A DNA stretch of 64,000 bases, from positions 25,113 to 89,112 of the forward strand of contig DFOM01000059.1 of assembly GCA_002376725.1 (NCBI GenBank), in the 5' to 3' direction. The notes beneath the pieces were generated by a model. The model was not told the DNA's origin. It saw nothing but the letters and a program-made list of their open reading frames with translations, and did not search any database. Both the position numbers and the translations under genes were made by a program. Of this stretch, positions 18,954 through 27,252 are shown piece by piece; the first letter of the stretch is position 1, and each line of letters opens with the position of its first letter. The stretch is from Cloacimonetes bacterium UBA3541. Its GTDB lineage: Bacteria > Cloacimonadota > Cloacimonadia > Cloacimonadales > Cloacimonadaceae.

Positions 18954-20087
18954 ATGCAAATAGAAAAAAATAAATACCAGGATTTTTTGATGCAAGTTAA
19001 AACCAGAATTCAAACATCTCAGGTGCGAGCTATTTTATCTGTAAATGCAGAGTTAATCTATCTTTACTGGGATATTGGACGAATGATAGATAAAAAACAA
19101 AAAGAGGAAGGGTGGGGTGCGGCTGTTATTCCGAATCTATCAAAAGATATTAGAAATGAATTGCCTGAGGTTAAGGGGTTTTCTGAAAGAAATATTGGTA
19201 GAATGATAGCATTTTTCAGGGAATATCCATGCTTAGACCAATTTTTGCCACAGCCTGTGGCAAAATTAGAAGAGAGAAACCATGCTCCAAAAATGCCACA
19301 AGCTGTGGCAAAAATGGCTGCAAAAACTATTATTGAAAAAATATACCCTATTATAACAAACATTCCCTGGGGACACAATATCATCCTTATGGAGAAGGTC
19401 AAGGATATGACTTCTCGCTTATGGTATATGCAAAAAACTATAGAAAATGGCTGGAGTCGTAATATGCTTCGTTCAATGATTGAAGGTAATGCTCATCAGC
19501 GGGAAGGCAAGGCGGTGACCAATTTTGATCTGCGTCTTCCATCTCCACAATCGGATTTAGCAAAACAATCTTTAAAAGACCCTTATATTTTTGATTTTCT
19601 CACTTTAGAGGAACCTTTTAGAGAGCGGGAATTAGAAGTTAGCCTTGTTCAACATTTAGAAAAATTTTTATTGGAATTAGGGCAGGGATTTTCATTTGTA
19701 GGACGGCAATATCATCTCAATGTTGGAGAAAATGATTTTTACATTGATCTTTTATTCTATCATCTTCGTTTAAGGTGTTTTATTGTAATTGAAATAAAAA
19801 AGGGAGAATTTAAGCCTGAATATGCAGGGAAAATTAACTTTTATTGTAATGTGGTTGATGATGTTCTAAAACACGAAACAGACAATCAAACCATAGGTTT
19901 GATCTTATGCCAAGATAAAAATACAGTTGTGGCAGAGTATGCATTGCGTGGATTCAACAAACCAATAGGTGTTTCTAAATATGAATTAACACGTGCATTA
20001 CCAGAGAGCTTAAAATCTTCATTGCCAACAGTAGAAGAAATTGAAGAGGAATTAAAGAATGAAAAAACAAGCAAGAAAGTTGAATGA
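18954..20087 (+). CDS. DUF1016/YhcG-family PD-(D/E)xK nuclease-domain protein (copy 1)
   Basis: N-terminal LIYLYWDIGRMI...GFSERNIGRMIAFF. C-terminal DFYIDLLFYHLRLRCFIVIEIKKGEFKPEYAGKINFY (D...E-x-K core). Confidence 0.85.
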   Translation: MQIEKNKYQDFLMQVKTRIQTSQVRAILSVNAELIYLYWDIGRMIDKKQKEEGWGAAVIPNLSKDIRNELPEVKGFSERNIGRMIAFFREYPCLDQFLPQPVAKLEERNHAPKMPQAVAKMAAKTIIEKIYPIITNIPWGHNIILMEKVKDMTSRLWYMQKTIENGWSRNMLRSMIEGNAHQREGKAVTNFDLRLPSPQSDLAKQSLKDPYIFDFLTLEEPFRERELEVSLVQHLEKFLLELGQGFSFVGRQYHLNVGENDFYIDLLFYHLRLRCFIVIEIKKGEFKPEYAGKINFYCNVVDDVLKHETDNQTIGLILCQDKNTVVAEYALRGFNKPIGVSKYELTRALPESLKSSLPTVEEIEEELKNEKTSKKVE

Positions 20088-20172
20088 GGAATTGCAGGTG
20101 CCTAATATAAAAGCAAAAGAGTTAGAAGAACAAATATCAGAAAATTTAGCAAAGATTATGGGGAAAAAATGA
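20059..20172 (+). CDS. 37-codon ORF translationally coupled to dcm (hypothetical)
   Basis: Below the ORF-track cutoff. It reads MKKQARKLNEELQVPNIKAKELEEQISENLAKIMGKK. Its TGA (20170-20172) overlaps the dcm ATG (20169-20171), and its 5' end overlaps the YhcG stop region. Confidence 0.25.
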   Translation: MKKQARKLNEELQVPNIKAKELEEQISENLAKIMGKK

Positions 20173-21419
20173 AAAATAAATTAACCTTTATTGAATTATT
20201 TGCGGGTGCAGGTGGACTTTCTGAAGGGTTTATAAGAACAGGATTTCAACCAGTGGCATATATTGAAATGGATAAATATTCATGTCTTACACTTAAAACT
20301 CGTATGGCTTACTATTATTTAAGAAGACAGGGTAAAAGTGCTTTATATTCTGGATATATAAAAGGAGATATAACCCGGGAACAATTATATTCTTATATCC
20401 CGCAAAATCTTTTTTGCTCTATTATAAACGAAGAAATAAAGCAGGATACCCTGAGTGAGCTTTTCGGAAAAGTTGAAACAAATATGGAAAAGAACAATAT
20501 AAAACAAATCAATATACTTTTAGGTGGGCCACCGTGTCAGTCTTATTCATTAATCGGGCGGGCTCGCGATCTATACAGGATGGAAAACGATACAAGAAAT
20601 TATCTATATAAATTATATACAGAATTTTTAAAAAAATTTAAGCCAGAGATATTTGTTTTTGAAAATGTTCCAGGCTTAATATCAGCTTATAAAGGTCAAT
20701 TATGGAAGGATATACAGGAATGTTTTTCTAAAGCGGGATATAAAATATCTTACAAAATACTCAATGCTTATGATTTTGGGGTTCTTCAGAATAGAAAGAG
20801 AATTATTGCTATTGGGTGGAGAACAGAATTAAACTTGAAATATCCAGAATTTAATAATGATTATATGGTTAAAAAATATAAAGTTGACGATATTTTATCT
20901 GATTTACCTCCAATAAAAGCAGGTGATAGATTAACAGCAGTTAAGTATGCTGGAAAAGCAACAGAATATCTTACAGAATATGGAATAAGAAATGATGAAG
21001 ATATTCTTACCCTTCATATAGCCCGCAGGCATAATAAACAGGACACAATGATTTATGAATTTTATATTAAAAGCTGGTTTGAGAAAAAGGAGCGCCCTGA
21101 ATATGACCAACTTCCAGAATATCTTAAAACACACAGAAACAGGACTTCATTTAAAGACCGCTTTAAAATTGTAGCACCTGACCTTCCATATTCTCAAACT
21201 GTTGTTTCACATCTTGGGAAAGATGGGCATTATTTCATACATCCTGATATCAATCAGTTAAGGTCAATCTCACCAAGAGAGGCGGCAAGGTTACAGTCAT
21301 TTCCTGATAATTTTTATTTTGAAGGGTCAATGACATCGGTATTCAGGCAAATCGGGAATGCCGTTCCCCCACTGATGGCTGAAAAAATAGCTTTAAAGAT
21401 CAGGGAGATGATAGGATGA
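20169..21419 (+). CDS. dcm: DNA (cytosine-5)-methyltransferase
   Basis: All diagnostic motifs are present: FAGAGGLSEGF (I), LLGGPPCQSYS (IV), FVFENVPGL (VI), QNRKRIIAIG (VIII), RQIGNAVPP (X). Confidence 0.95.
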   Translation: MKNKLTFIELFAGAGGLSEGFIRTGFQPVAYIEMDKYSCLTLKTRMAYYYLRRQGKSALYSGYIKGDITREQLYSYIPQNLFCSIINEEIKQDTLSELFGKVETNMEKNNIKQINILLGGPPCQSYSLIGRARDLYRMENDTRNYLYKLYTEFLKKFKPEIFVFENVPGLISAYKGQLWKDIQECFSKAGYKISYKILNAYDFGVLQNRKRIIAIGWRTELNLKYPEFNNDYMVKKYKVDDILSDLPPIKAGDRLTAVKYAGKATEYLTEYGIRNDEDILTLHIARRHNKQDTMIYEFYIKSWFEKKERPEYDQLPEYLKTHRNRTSFKDRFKIVAPDLPYSQTVVSHLGKDGHYFIHPDINQLRSISPREAARLQSFPDNFYFEGSMTSVFRQIGNAVPPLMAEKIALKIREMIG

Positions 21420-23509
21420 AAAAAGATCTAATATTTAAGCCCCGCGCAAGATTAATTCTTCAACTAGGAGACCAACTCATTAAAAATGAAAGTATTGCAT
21501 TTCTTGAACTCGTAAAAAATGCTTATGATGCAGATGCAACCAGAGTTAGTATTGTAATGGAAAAAGTTGATGACCCAGAGAATGGGAAAATAATTATAGA
21601 AGATGACGGATGTGGAATGACACCTGAAATTATAACAAATGTCTGGATGGAACCAGGAAGTGATTTTAAGGAAAAAATGTTCAGGGAAAACATCAGAACG
21701 CCAAAATTCAAAAGACTGCCACTCGGTGAGAAAGGGATAGGAAGATTTGCTGTTCATAAGTTAGGAAATCTAATTGAGGTTATAACCAGAGCTGAAAATA
21801 ATCCTGAGGTTGTTCTTTCTATAGACTGGAGTCTATTTAATAAATCTGATTACCTTGAAAACATTGGTATCAAGATGATTGAAAGAGAACCTGTTTATTT
21901 TAAAAACAAAACAGGCACAAGAATAAAAATAAAATTAAAAACTGTATTTTCAAGGGGTAGTGTAAGAACCATTTATAGATCTCTTAACTCATTCTGTACA
22001 CCGTTTAGTGATTCTCAACAATTTAAGATTGATTTCAAGATTGACAGGAAAGAATGGATTGAGGGACTCCTTTCCTGGGATGAGATAAAAAATTACTCTT
22101 TATTTAATTTTCTTTGTGAACTGAAAGGAGAAAAAATAATAAAATTCAGGTATGAGTTCACTCCATGGCCTGCAATGACAAAATTAAATGGAAGAATTGT
22201 TGATGAAAATAATGAATATATTAAGAAACAATTAATAATAACTGACAGTAAAGGCAATACAATTAATCTTGATAATTTTAAAATAGGACATATTAGATTT
22301 GAAGGTTTCATATTTGATAGAGATACCCGAATTCTTTCTCTTGGCGTTCATGATAAAAAGGGATTGAAAGAATATCTGGATATGAATGGAGGAGTTAAAG
22401 TATTCCGCGATGGGATAAGGATTTATGATTATGGTGAACCCGATAATGATTGGCTAAACCTTGATAGAAGAAGGGTAAATATTCCAGCAAAAAGAATAAG
22501 TAATAATATTATAATTTCTGCAGTTTATCTTGATAGAGAAAAAAGCATGGATTTAAGAGAAAAAACAAACAGAGAAGGTTTTATTGAAAATGAAGCATAC
22601 AATGAATTAAAAAAATCTTTGATTTATTGTCTGGAGAGAGTAGAAGAGTTACGATATGAAGATAAAAATAAAATAAGAACAAATTATGGTCTGGAAAACA
22701 AGAAAGAACCGGTTGTTTCCACTATAAAAGAATTAAAAACAGTGGTTGAAAGTAAAATAAAAGAAGAAACTGTCAAAAGAGAAATCAATAAACTCCTTGA
22801 TAGAATAGAAGGCGATTATGTGCAAATGAAAGAAGTCCTTCTTAAAAGTGCAGGGGCAGGTCTTACATTAAGTGTGGTTATCCACGAGATTGAGAAAATA
22901 ATTGATGAATTAGAAAAAGTTGTAAAATATGAAAAATCTTCTGAGAAAATTATTAACCTTGTTAAACATCTGGCAGACCTTATAGAAGGCTATACTCTCA
23001 TAATAAGAAAAACAGAAACTAAAAAATGGGATTTAAAGCAATTAATAAATCAAGCAATATTCAATATGGAATATCGCTTTAAAGTGCATAATATTGAAAT
23101 AAAAAAAGATTATGAGAATAAAACAGATAAATTTGAAGTTAATTGTGCAAGAAATCTTGTATTAAATTCTCTTATGAATATAATGGACAACTCAATCTGG
23201 TGGATGGAGTATTCAAAAATTCAACATAAGAAAATTTTCATAACTATTTCTGAAAATATAGAGAAGAGTATAACAATAGTTATAGCAGACAATGGACCGG
23301 GATTAACACTTTCCACTGAAGAAATAATAAAACCATTTGTATCTGCAAAACCTGATGGAATGGGTCTTGGATTGCATATCGTGGATGAAGTTATGAAGGC
23401 TCATAAAGGATTACTTTTATTTCCTCAACCAGATGAGTTTGATATACCAGAGGAATTTGAAAAAGGTGCCATTGTTGCACTTGCATTTCAAAAGGAGGTT
23501 GTAAAATGA
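21416..23509 (+). CDS. Cytoplasmic double-Bergerat ATPase: N-terminal MORC/MutL-like GHKL domain plus C-terminal histidine-kinase core (H, N, G1, F, G2 boxes)
   Basis: N-terminus: FLELVKNAYDADATRV, IIIEDDGCGMT, GEKGIGRFAVHKLG. C-terminus: LSVVIHEIEKII (H-box-like), LMNIMDNSIWW (N), IVIADNGPGL (G1), IIKPFVSAK (F), GMGLGLHIV (G2). No TM segments. ATGA overlaps at both ends. Confidence 0.75.
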   Translation: MKKDLIFKPRARLILQLGDQLIKNESIAFLELVKNAYDADATRVSIVMEKVDDPENGKIIIEDDGCGMTPEIITNVWMEPGSDFKEKMFRENIRTPKFKRLPLGEKGIGRFAVHKLGNLIEVITRAENNPEVVLSIDWSLFNKSDYLENIGIKMIEREPVYFKNKTGTRIKIKLKTVFSRGSVRTIYRSLNSFCTPFSDSQQFKIDFKIDRKEWIEGLLSWDEIKNYSLFNFLCELKGEKIIKFRYEFTPWPAMTKLNGRIVDENNEYIKKQLIITDSKGNTINLDNFKIGHIRFEGFIFDRDTRILSLGVHDKKGLKEYLDMNGGVKVFRDGIRIYDYGEPDNDWLNLDRRRVNIPAKRISNNIIISAVYLDREKSMDLREKTNREGFIENEAYNELKKSLIYCLERVEELRYEDKNKIRTNYGLENKKEPVVSTIKELKTVVESKIKEETVKREINKLLDRIEGDYVQMKEVLLKSAGAGLTLSVVIHEIEKIIDELEKVVKYEKSSEKIINLVKHLADLIEGYTLIIRKTETKKWDLKQLINQAIFNMEYRFKVHNIEIKKDYENKTDKFEVNCARNLVLNSLMNIMDNSIWWMEYSKIQHKKIFITISENIEKSITIVIADNGPGLTLSTEEIIKPFVSAKPDGMGLGLHIVDEVMKAHKGLLLFPQPDEFDIPEEFEKGAIVALAFQKEVVK

Positions 23510-24792
23510 GTTTACCAGAATATGGGAGGGTTGTTATTATAGATGATAATATAAAAGAAGTTGAAGCGTTGATTAAAGTATTATCTAAACATAGAACATC
23601 CATAACTTATTTTACTGGGGCTAATAATGAATTACCGGACACTCCATTTCCTGATGTAAGAATTGTTTTTCTTGATGTTGTTCTTGAAGGGCTTACAGGA
23701 AAAGATACAAAGACAATTGTGTCCACCCTGATTGGGATTCTTGGGAAAATTGTCGATAAAAACAATGGACCATTTGTTATAGTTTTATGGACAAAGCATC
23801 CTGAACATGTAAAGGGTCTTAAAAAAGCCCTTAAAACAGAAAAATATAAATATATTCTTATTGACCTTGAAAAAAAAGATTTTTTTGATCAGAATGGAGG
23901 TTTCAAGCTCGATTCTTATGATTCTCTTAGAAATAGATTAAATGAAAAAATTGCTGGGATTGATATTTTTGATATATTCATCATATGGGAAAATATTATG
24001 AATAATTCAGCAGGTATAACAGTTAATGATTTTTCACAACTGATTAAGTTTAATGATAACTGGAATAATGATATGAAAAATATTTTTTATAAAATGGCTG
24101 AAGCTTGGGCTGGTAAAACTCTTAAGGAACAAAATACACAGAAAATTTTAAAAAATGCCTTATTCACTTTTAATGGGATTTTTAATGATATTTTTGAAGG
24201 TTTGATACAGAATGAAAAATACTCAGCTTATCAAGGTACTTTTTCTTCTAACAACATAAATGAAAAAAACAAAGGCAGAATCAATATAAAATTGTTGCTA
24301 GATTTCAGCGATCTGGAAAAGTTTTATCCGGGAGATGTTTACAGAATAAATAAAAATGCAAAGAATAGTTCTGAACTACTGAAGGATATTTTGGATATTA
24401 ATAAGATTAATGATGAAAAATTTTTTAAAATAAAAAAGAAATCAATACAGGTATTTGCAGAAGTGACACCTTTATGTGATTTTCTACAGGAAAAAATAAA
24501 ACTATACAGGGTAATAGAAGGATTCATTATTCCAGAAAAATATAAAGATGAACAAAACATTGATCATTATGTAAAAATAAAAAAAGCCGAATTTATTTAT
24601 AAAACACCAGTTTTTACGTATAAAAATGAAATATATAGATTAATTCTGGACTTTAAATATTTTTCTTCTAAAACAAAAGATGAACTTAAAAACTTCTCCC
24701 CAATCTTCAGGTTGAGAAAAGAACTATTAAATGATATACAGATAAAACTTTCATCGCATATTAACAGAACAGGAATATTATTTATTGATTAA
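23506..24792 (+). CDS. Receiver (REC)-like N-terminal domain fused to an unassigned ~290-aa C-terminal domain
   Basis: RVVIIDDNIKE (acidic pair after beta1), VRIVFLDVVLEG (candidate phospho-acceptor Asp), FVIVLWTKH (beta4 Thr), YILIDLEKK (candidate Lys). I recognise no motif in the remainder. Confidence 0.6.
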   Translation: MSLPEYGRVVIIDDNIKEVEALIKVLSKHRTSITYFTGANNELPDTPFPDVRIVFLDVVLEGLTGKDTKTIVSTLIGILGKIVDKNNGPFVIVLWTKHPEHVKGLKKALKTEKYKYILIDLEKKDFFDQNGGFKLDSYDSLRNRLNEKIAGIDIFDIFIIWENIMNNSAGITVNDFSQLIKFNDNWNNDMKNIFYKMAEAWAGKTLKEQNTQKILKNALFTFNGIFNDIFEGLIQNEKYSAYQGTFSSNNINEKNKGRINIKLLLDFSDLEKFYPGDVYRINKNAKNSSELLKDILDINKINDEKFFKIKKKSIQVFAEVTPLCDFLQEKIKLYRVIEGFIIPEKYKDEQNIDHYVKIKKAEFIYKTPVFTYKNEIYRLILDFKYFSSKTKDELKNFSPIFRLRKELLNDIQIKLSSHINRTGILFID

Positions 24793-25513
24793 TATGGTAA
24801 GAATACAACCCAACATTGTCAAATGGTATCGGATAAATGGACGTGATTTTCCGTGGAGACATACAAAAGACCCTTACAAAATAATGATTGCTGAATTTAT
24901 GCTTCATAGAACAAAAGCAGAACAGGTGGTACCGGTATATTCTAAATTTATAGAAAAATACCCTTGCGTTAAATCTCTTTTCATGGCAAAAGGAAATGAT
25001 ATTAAAAAATTTACTGCTCATCTTGGATTACATTGGAGAAGCAGGCATTTTATTGAATCCGTCAGATATATCATAAAAAAGTTTGATGGGAAATTCCCTG
25101 ATGATTATGATGAACTAAGAAAGATACCTGGAATTGGAGAATATATTGCAGGGGCAATAATGACAGTATCTTTTAATAAACCTGCTCCTGTGGTTGATAG
25201 CAACATAGCCAGATTTATAAATAGATATTACGGATTGAATCTTGATGGAGAACTTAGAAGAAAAAGAGAAATTATAAGAATTGCTTATGAACTTTTTAAA
25301 TACAAAAATCCAGGGTTATTTCTCTTTGCTATTATAGATTTTACAGCAGTTATCTGCAAACCACGAATACCTTTATGTCAGAATTGTCCCCTGGAAAAAG
25401 AATGTGAAAATACGGAGATTACACTATGTAAGAATAAGATCACCAGGCCAAATCAGCAGCAAAAAAAGCAGGAAGGTAAAAAATATCAGAAATTGGAGAT
25501 GGATAGTGAATAA
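24785..25513 (+). CDS. HhH-GPD DNA glycosylase with Fe-S cluster loop, MutY/EndoIII/Mig-like, lacking the MutY C-terminal domain
   Basis: DFPWRHTKDPYKIMIAEFMLHRTKAEQV, HhH LRKIPGIGEYIAGAIM, catalytic-Asp region VVDSNIARF, cluster CKPRIPLCQNCPLEKEC. Only 242 aa. 8-nt overlap with the upstream gene. Confidence 0.85.
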   Translation: MINMVRIQPNIVKWYRINGRDFPWRHTKDPYKIMIAEFMLHRTKAEQVVPVYSKFIEKYPCVKSLFMAKGNDIKKFTAHLGLHWRSRHFIESVRYIIKKFDGKFPDDYDELRKIPGIGEYIAGAIMTVSFNKPAPVVDSNIARFINRYYGLNLDGELRRKREIIRIAYELFKYKNPGLFLFAIIDFTAVICKPRIPLCQNCPLEKECENTEITLCKNKITRPNQQQKKQEGKKYQKLEMDSE

Positions 25514-25645
25514 GAACAAGACAAATCCGTGGATACTAAGAAAAATTTTTGCAATATGTCAGATTTAAGCTGGACGACGGTCTTTAAAAAGAGTAACACA
25601 CAATATAAAGTCATCACCGAAGAAAAAAGCAGAGATAAATAATTT

Positions 25646-26350
25646 ATGGGTAAAGAAAAGAAATATCCAAAGGCAATTATAAACTGGCCTGAAGATGAAA
25701 GACCACGGGAACGTCTTTTGAAATTAGGTGCTGAAAATCTTTCTAATACAGAACTTTTAGCAATTATTTTAAGAGTCGGCTCAAATGGTAAAAGTGCTAT
25801 TGATATGGCAAGGGAATTGATGAATGAATATCAAACTTTTAGAAATATTGACTCTAAGAGTTTTGCCGAACTTAAAAGAAAAGGCTTAGGTATTGCTAAA
25901 ATTGCTCAAATAAAAGCAGCTATAGAAATTGGCAAAAGATTTCTTAATGACAAAAGTTTGACTAAAGTCAAGGTTGAAACCAGCAAGGATATAGTTGATT
26001 ATTTTAAGCCTTCCTTGAGGGATATGAAAAAAGAAATTTTTAAAGCAGTTCTGCTTGACGGAAAAAATAAAATAATTAAAGAAGTAACTATATCAGAAGG
26101 AACTCTTACAAAAAGCATTGTCCATCCGAGAGAGGTTATAAAAGAAGCAGTTATAGAATCTTCAGCGGCTTTGGTACTTATTCATAACCACCCAAGCGGT
26201 GAGCCTGAACCAAGTCAAGATGATATAGAAATAACTAATCGTATAATCTCTGCCTGTGACCTTGTGGGTATAAAAGTTTTAGACCATATTATCATTGGCG
26301 ATGACAACTATTTTAGTTTTTTCAATGAAGGACTGATAAAGGAGGAGTAA
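25646..26350 (+). CDS. radC: RadC-family JAB/MPN domain protein
   Basis: N-terminal ERPRERLLKLGAENLSNTELLAIILRVG and JAMM motif LVLIHNHPSGEPEPSQDD. Confidence 0.92.
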   Translation: MGKEKKYPKAIINWPEDERPRERLLKLGAENLSNTELLAIILRVGSNGKSAIDMARELMNEYQTFRNIDSKSFAELKRKGLGIAKIAQIKAAIEIGKRFLNDKSLTKVKVETSKDIVDYFKPSLRDMKKEIFKAVLLDGKNKIIKEVTISEGTLTKSIVHPREVIKEAVIESSAALVLIHNHPSGEPEPSQDDIEITNRIISACDLVGIKVLDHIIIGDDNYFSFFNEGLIKEE

Positions 26351-26352
26351 TA

Positions 26353-27249
26353 ATGCCCAAAACCCTTTTTATTGAGGCTGCATACCAAGTGTTAAAGGAA
26401 AAAGGAGAACCATTAAGTGCAGAAGAAATAACTAAAATTGCCCTTGATAAAGGATTAATGAAGACTACTGGCAAAACTCCAGTGGCAACTATGGGAGCAA
26501 GAATTTATATGGATATGAAAACAAAGGGCAATAATTCTTTATTCACAAAAGTTAAACGAGGTGAGTTTGGTTTGAAAGAATGGCAAGAATTTGCTCAAAA
26601 GCAGGAAGTCTATGGATATAGAAAAGGTAGTTTTAAAGATGCAGCATATCAAGTTTTAAAATTAGAAAATAAGCCTTTAAGCATTCAAAAAATTACCGAA
26701 ATTGCTATGAAGAGAAATCTGTTTACATCCTCTGGCAAAACTCCCGAGGCAACAATGGGAGCACAATTATATACAGATATCAAAAGATTGGGGGACCAAT
26801 CCCCTTTTGTTCAATTGGGCAAAAACAAATTTGGATTACGAGAGTGGGATATTAGCGTTCTTAAAAATGAAATTAAAATTCAGGAAAAAGAAACAATAAT
26901 TTCTGAGAAAAAGCGCTCTATTGTTGGAGACCCGATTAACTTTGAAGGATTGATTTATGGACCTTTAAATGAAAATGGAGTTATATTTTTATTTAGCAAG
27001 ATTCACGATAAGTTGGAAATAAATATTGAAGCAATTCAGGCAACATTTCCTGACGCTAAAGGTCGGAGGAAAACTACTAAAGGCTGGGAGGATGTTTGGA
27101 TTGAATTTGAATATAAGAGTTCACATTTTAAGATTCATAAACACGATCCAAGTGAATGTGACCTTATTGTTTGCTGGGAACATGATTGGAAAGAATGTCC
27201 TATTGATGTTATTGAGTTAAAATCCGTGATACAAAAATTAAAGGGGTAA
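26353..27249 (+). CDS. Tandem HARE-HTH domains fused to a small PD-(D/E)xK-like C-terminal domain
   Basis: Two paralogous wHTH units: EAAYQVLKEKGEPLSAEEITKIALDKGLMKTTGKTPVATMGARIYMDMK...GEFGLKEW and DAAYQVLKLENKPLSIQKITEIAMKRNLFTSSGKTPEATMGAQLYTDIK...NKFGLREW. The C-terminus reads TFPDAKG...VWIEFEYKSSHFKIHKHDPSECDLIVCWEHDW. Confidence 0.7.
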   Translation: MPKTLFIEAAYQVLKEKGEPLSAEEITKIALDKGLMKTTGKTPVATMGARIYMDMKTKGNNSLFTKVKRGEFGLKEWQEFAQKQEVYGYRKGSFKDAAYQVLKLENKPLSIQKITEIAMKRNLFTSSGKTPEATMGAQLYTDIKRLGDQSPFVQLGKNKFGLREWDISVLKNEIKIQEKETIISEKKRSIVGDPINFEGLIYGPLNENGVIFLFSKIHDKLEINIEAIQATFPDAKGRRKTTKGWEDVWIEFEYKSSHFKIHKHDPSECDLIVCWEHDWKECPIDVIELKSVIQKLKG

Positions 27250-27252
27250 CCT

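Noticed and set aside
18802-18963. 53-codon + strand ORF (MNSTIVGLEIKIPNYW...) just upstream of and overlapping the first DUF1016 gene
   Set aside because: No recognisable motif or clear RBS. It is probably a chance ORF in the leader. Not reported as a gene.
25556-25642. 28-codon ORF between the glycosylase gene and radC
   Set aside because: Very short, with no RBS or conservation evidence available from the sequence alone.
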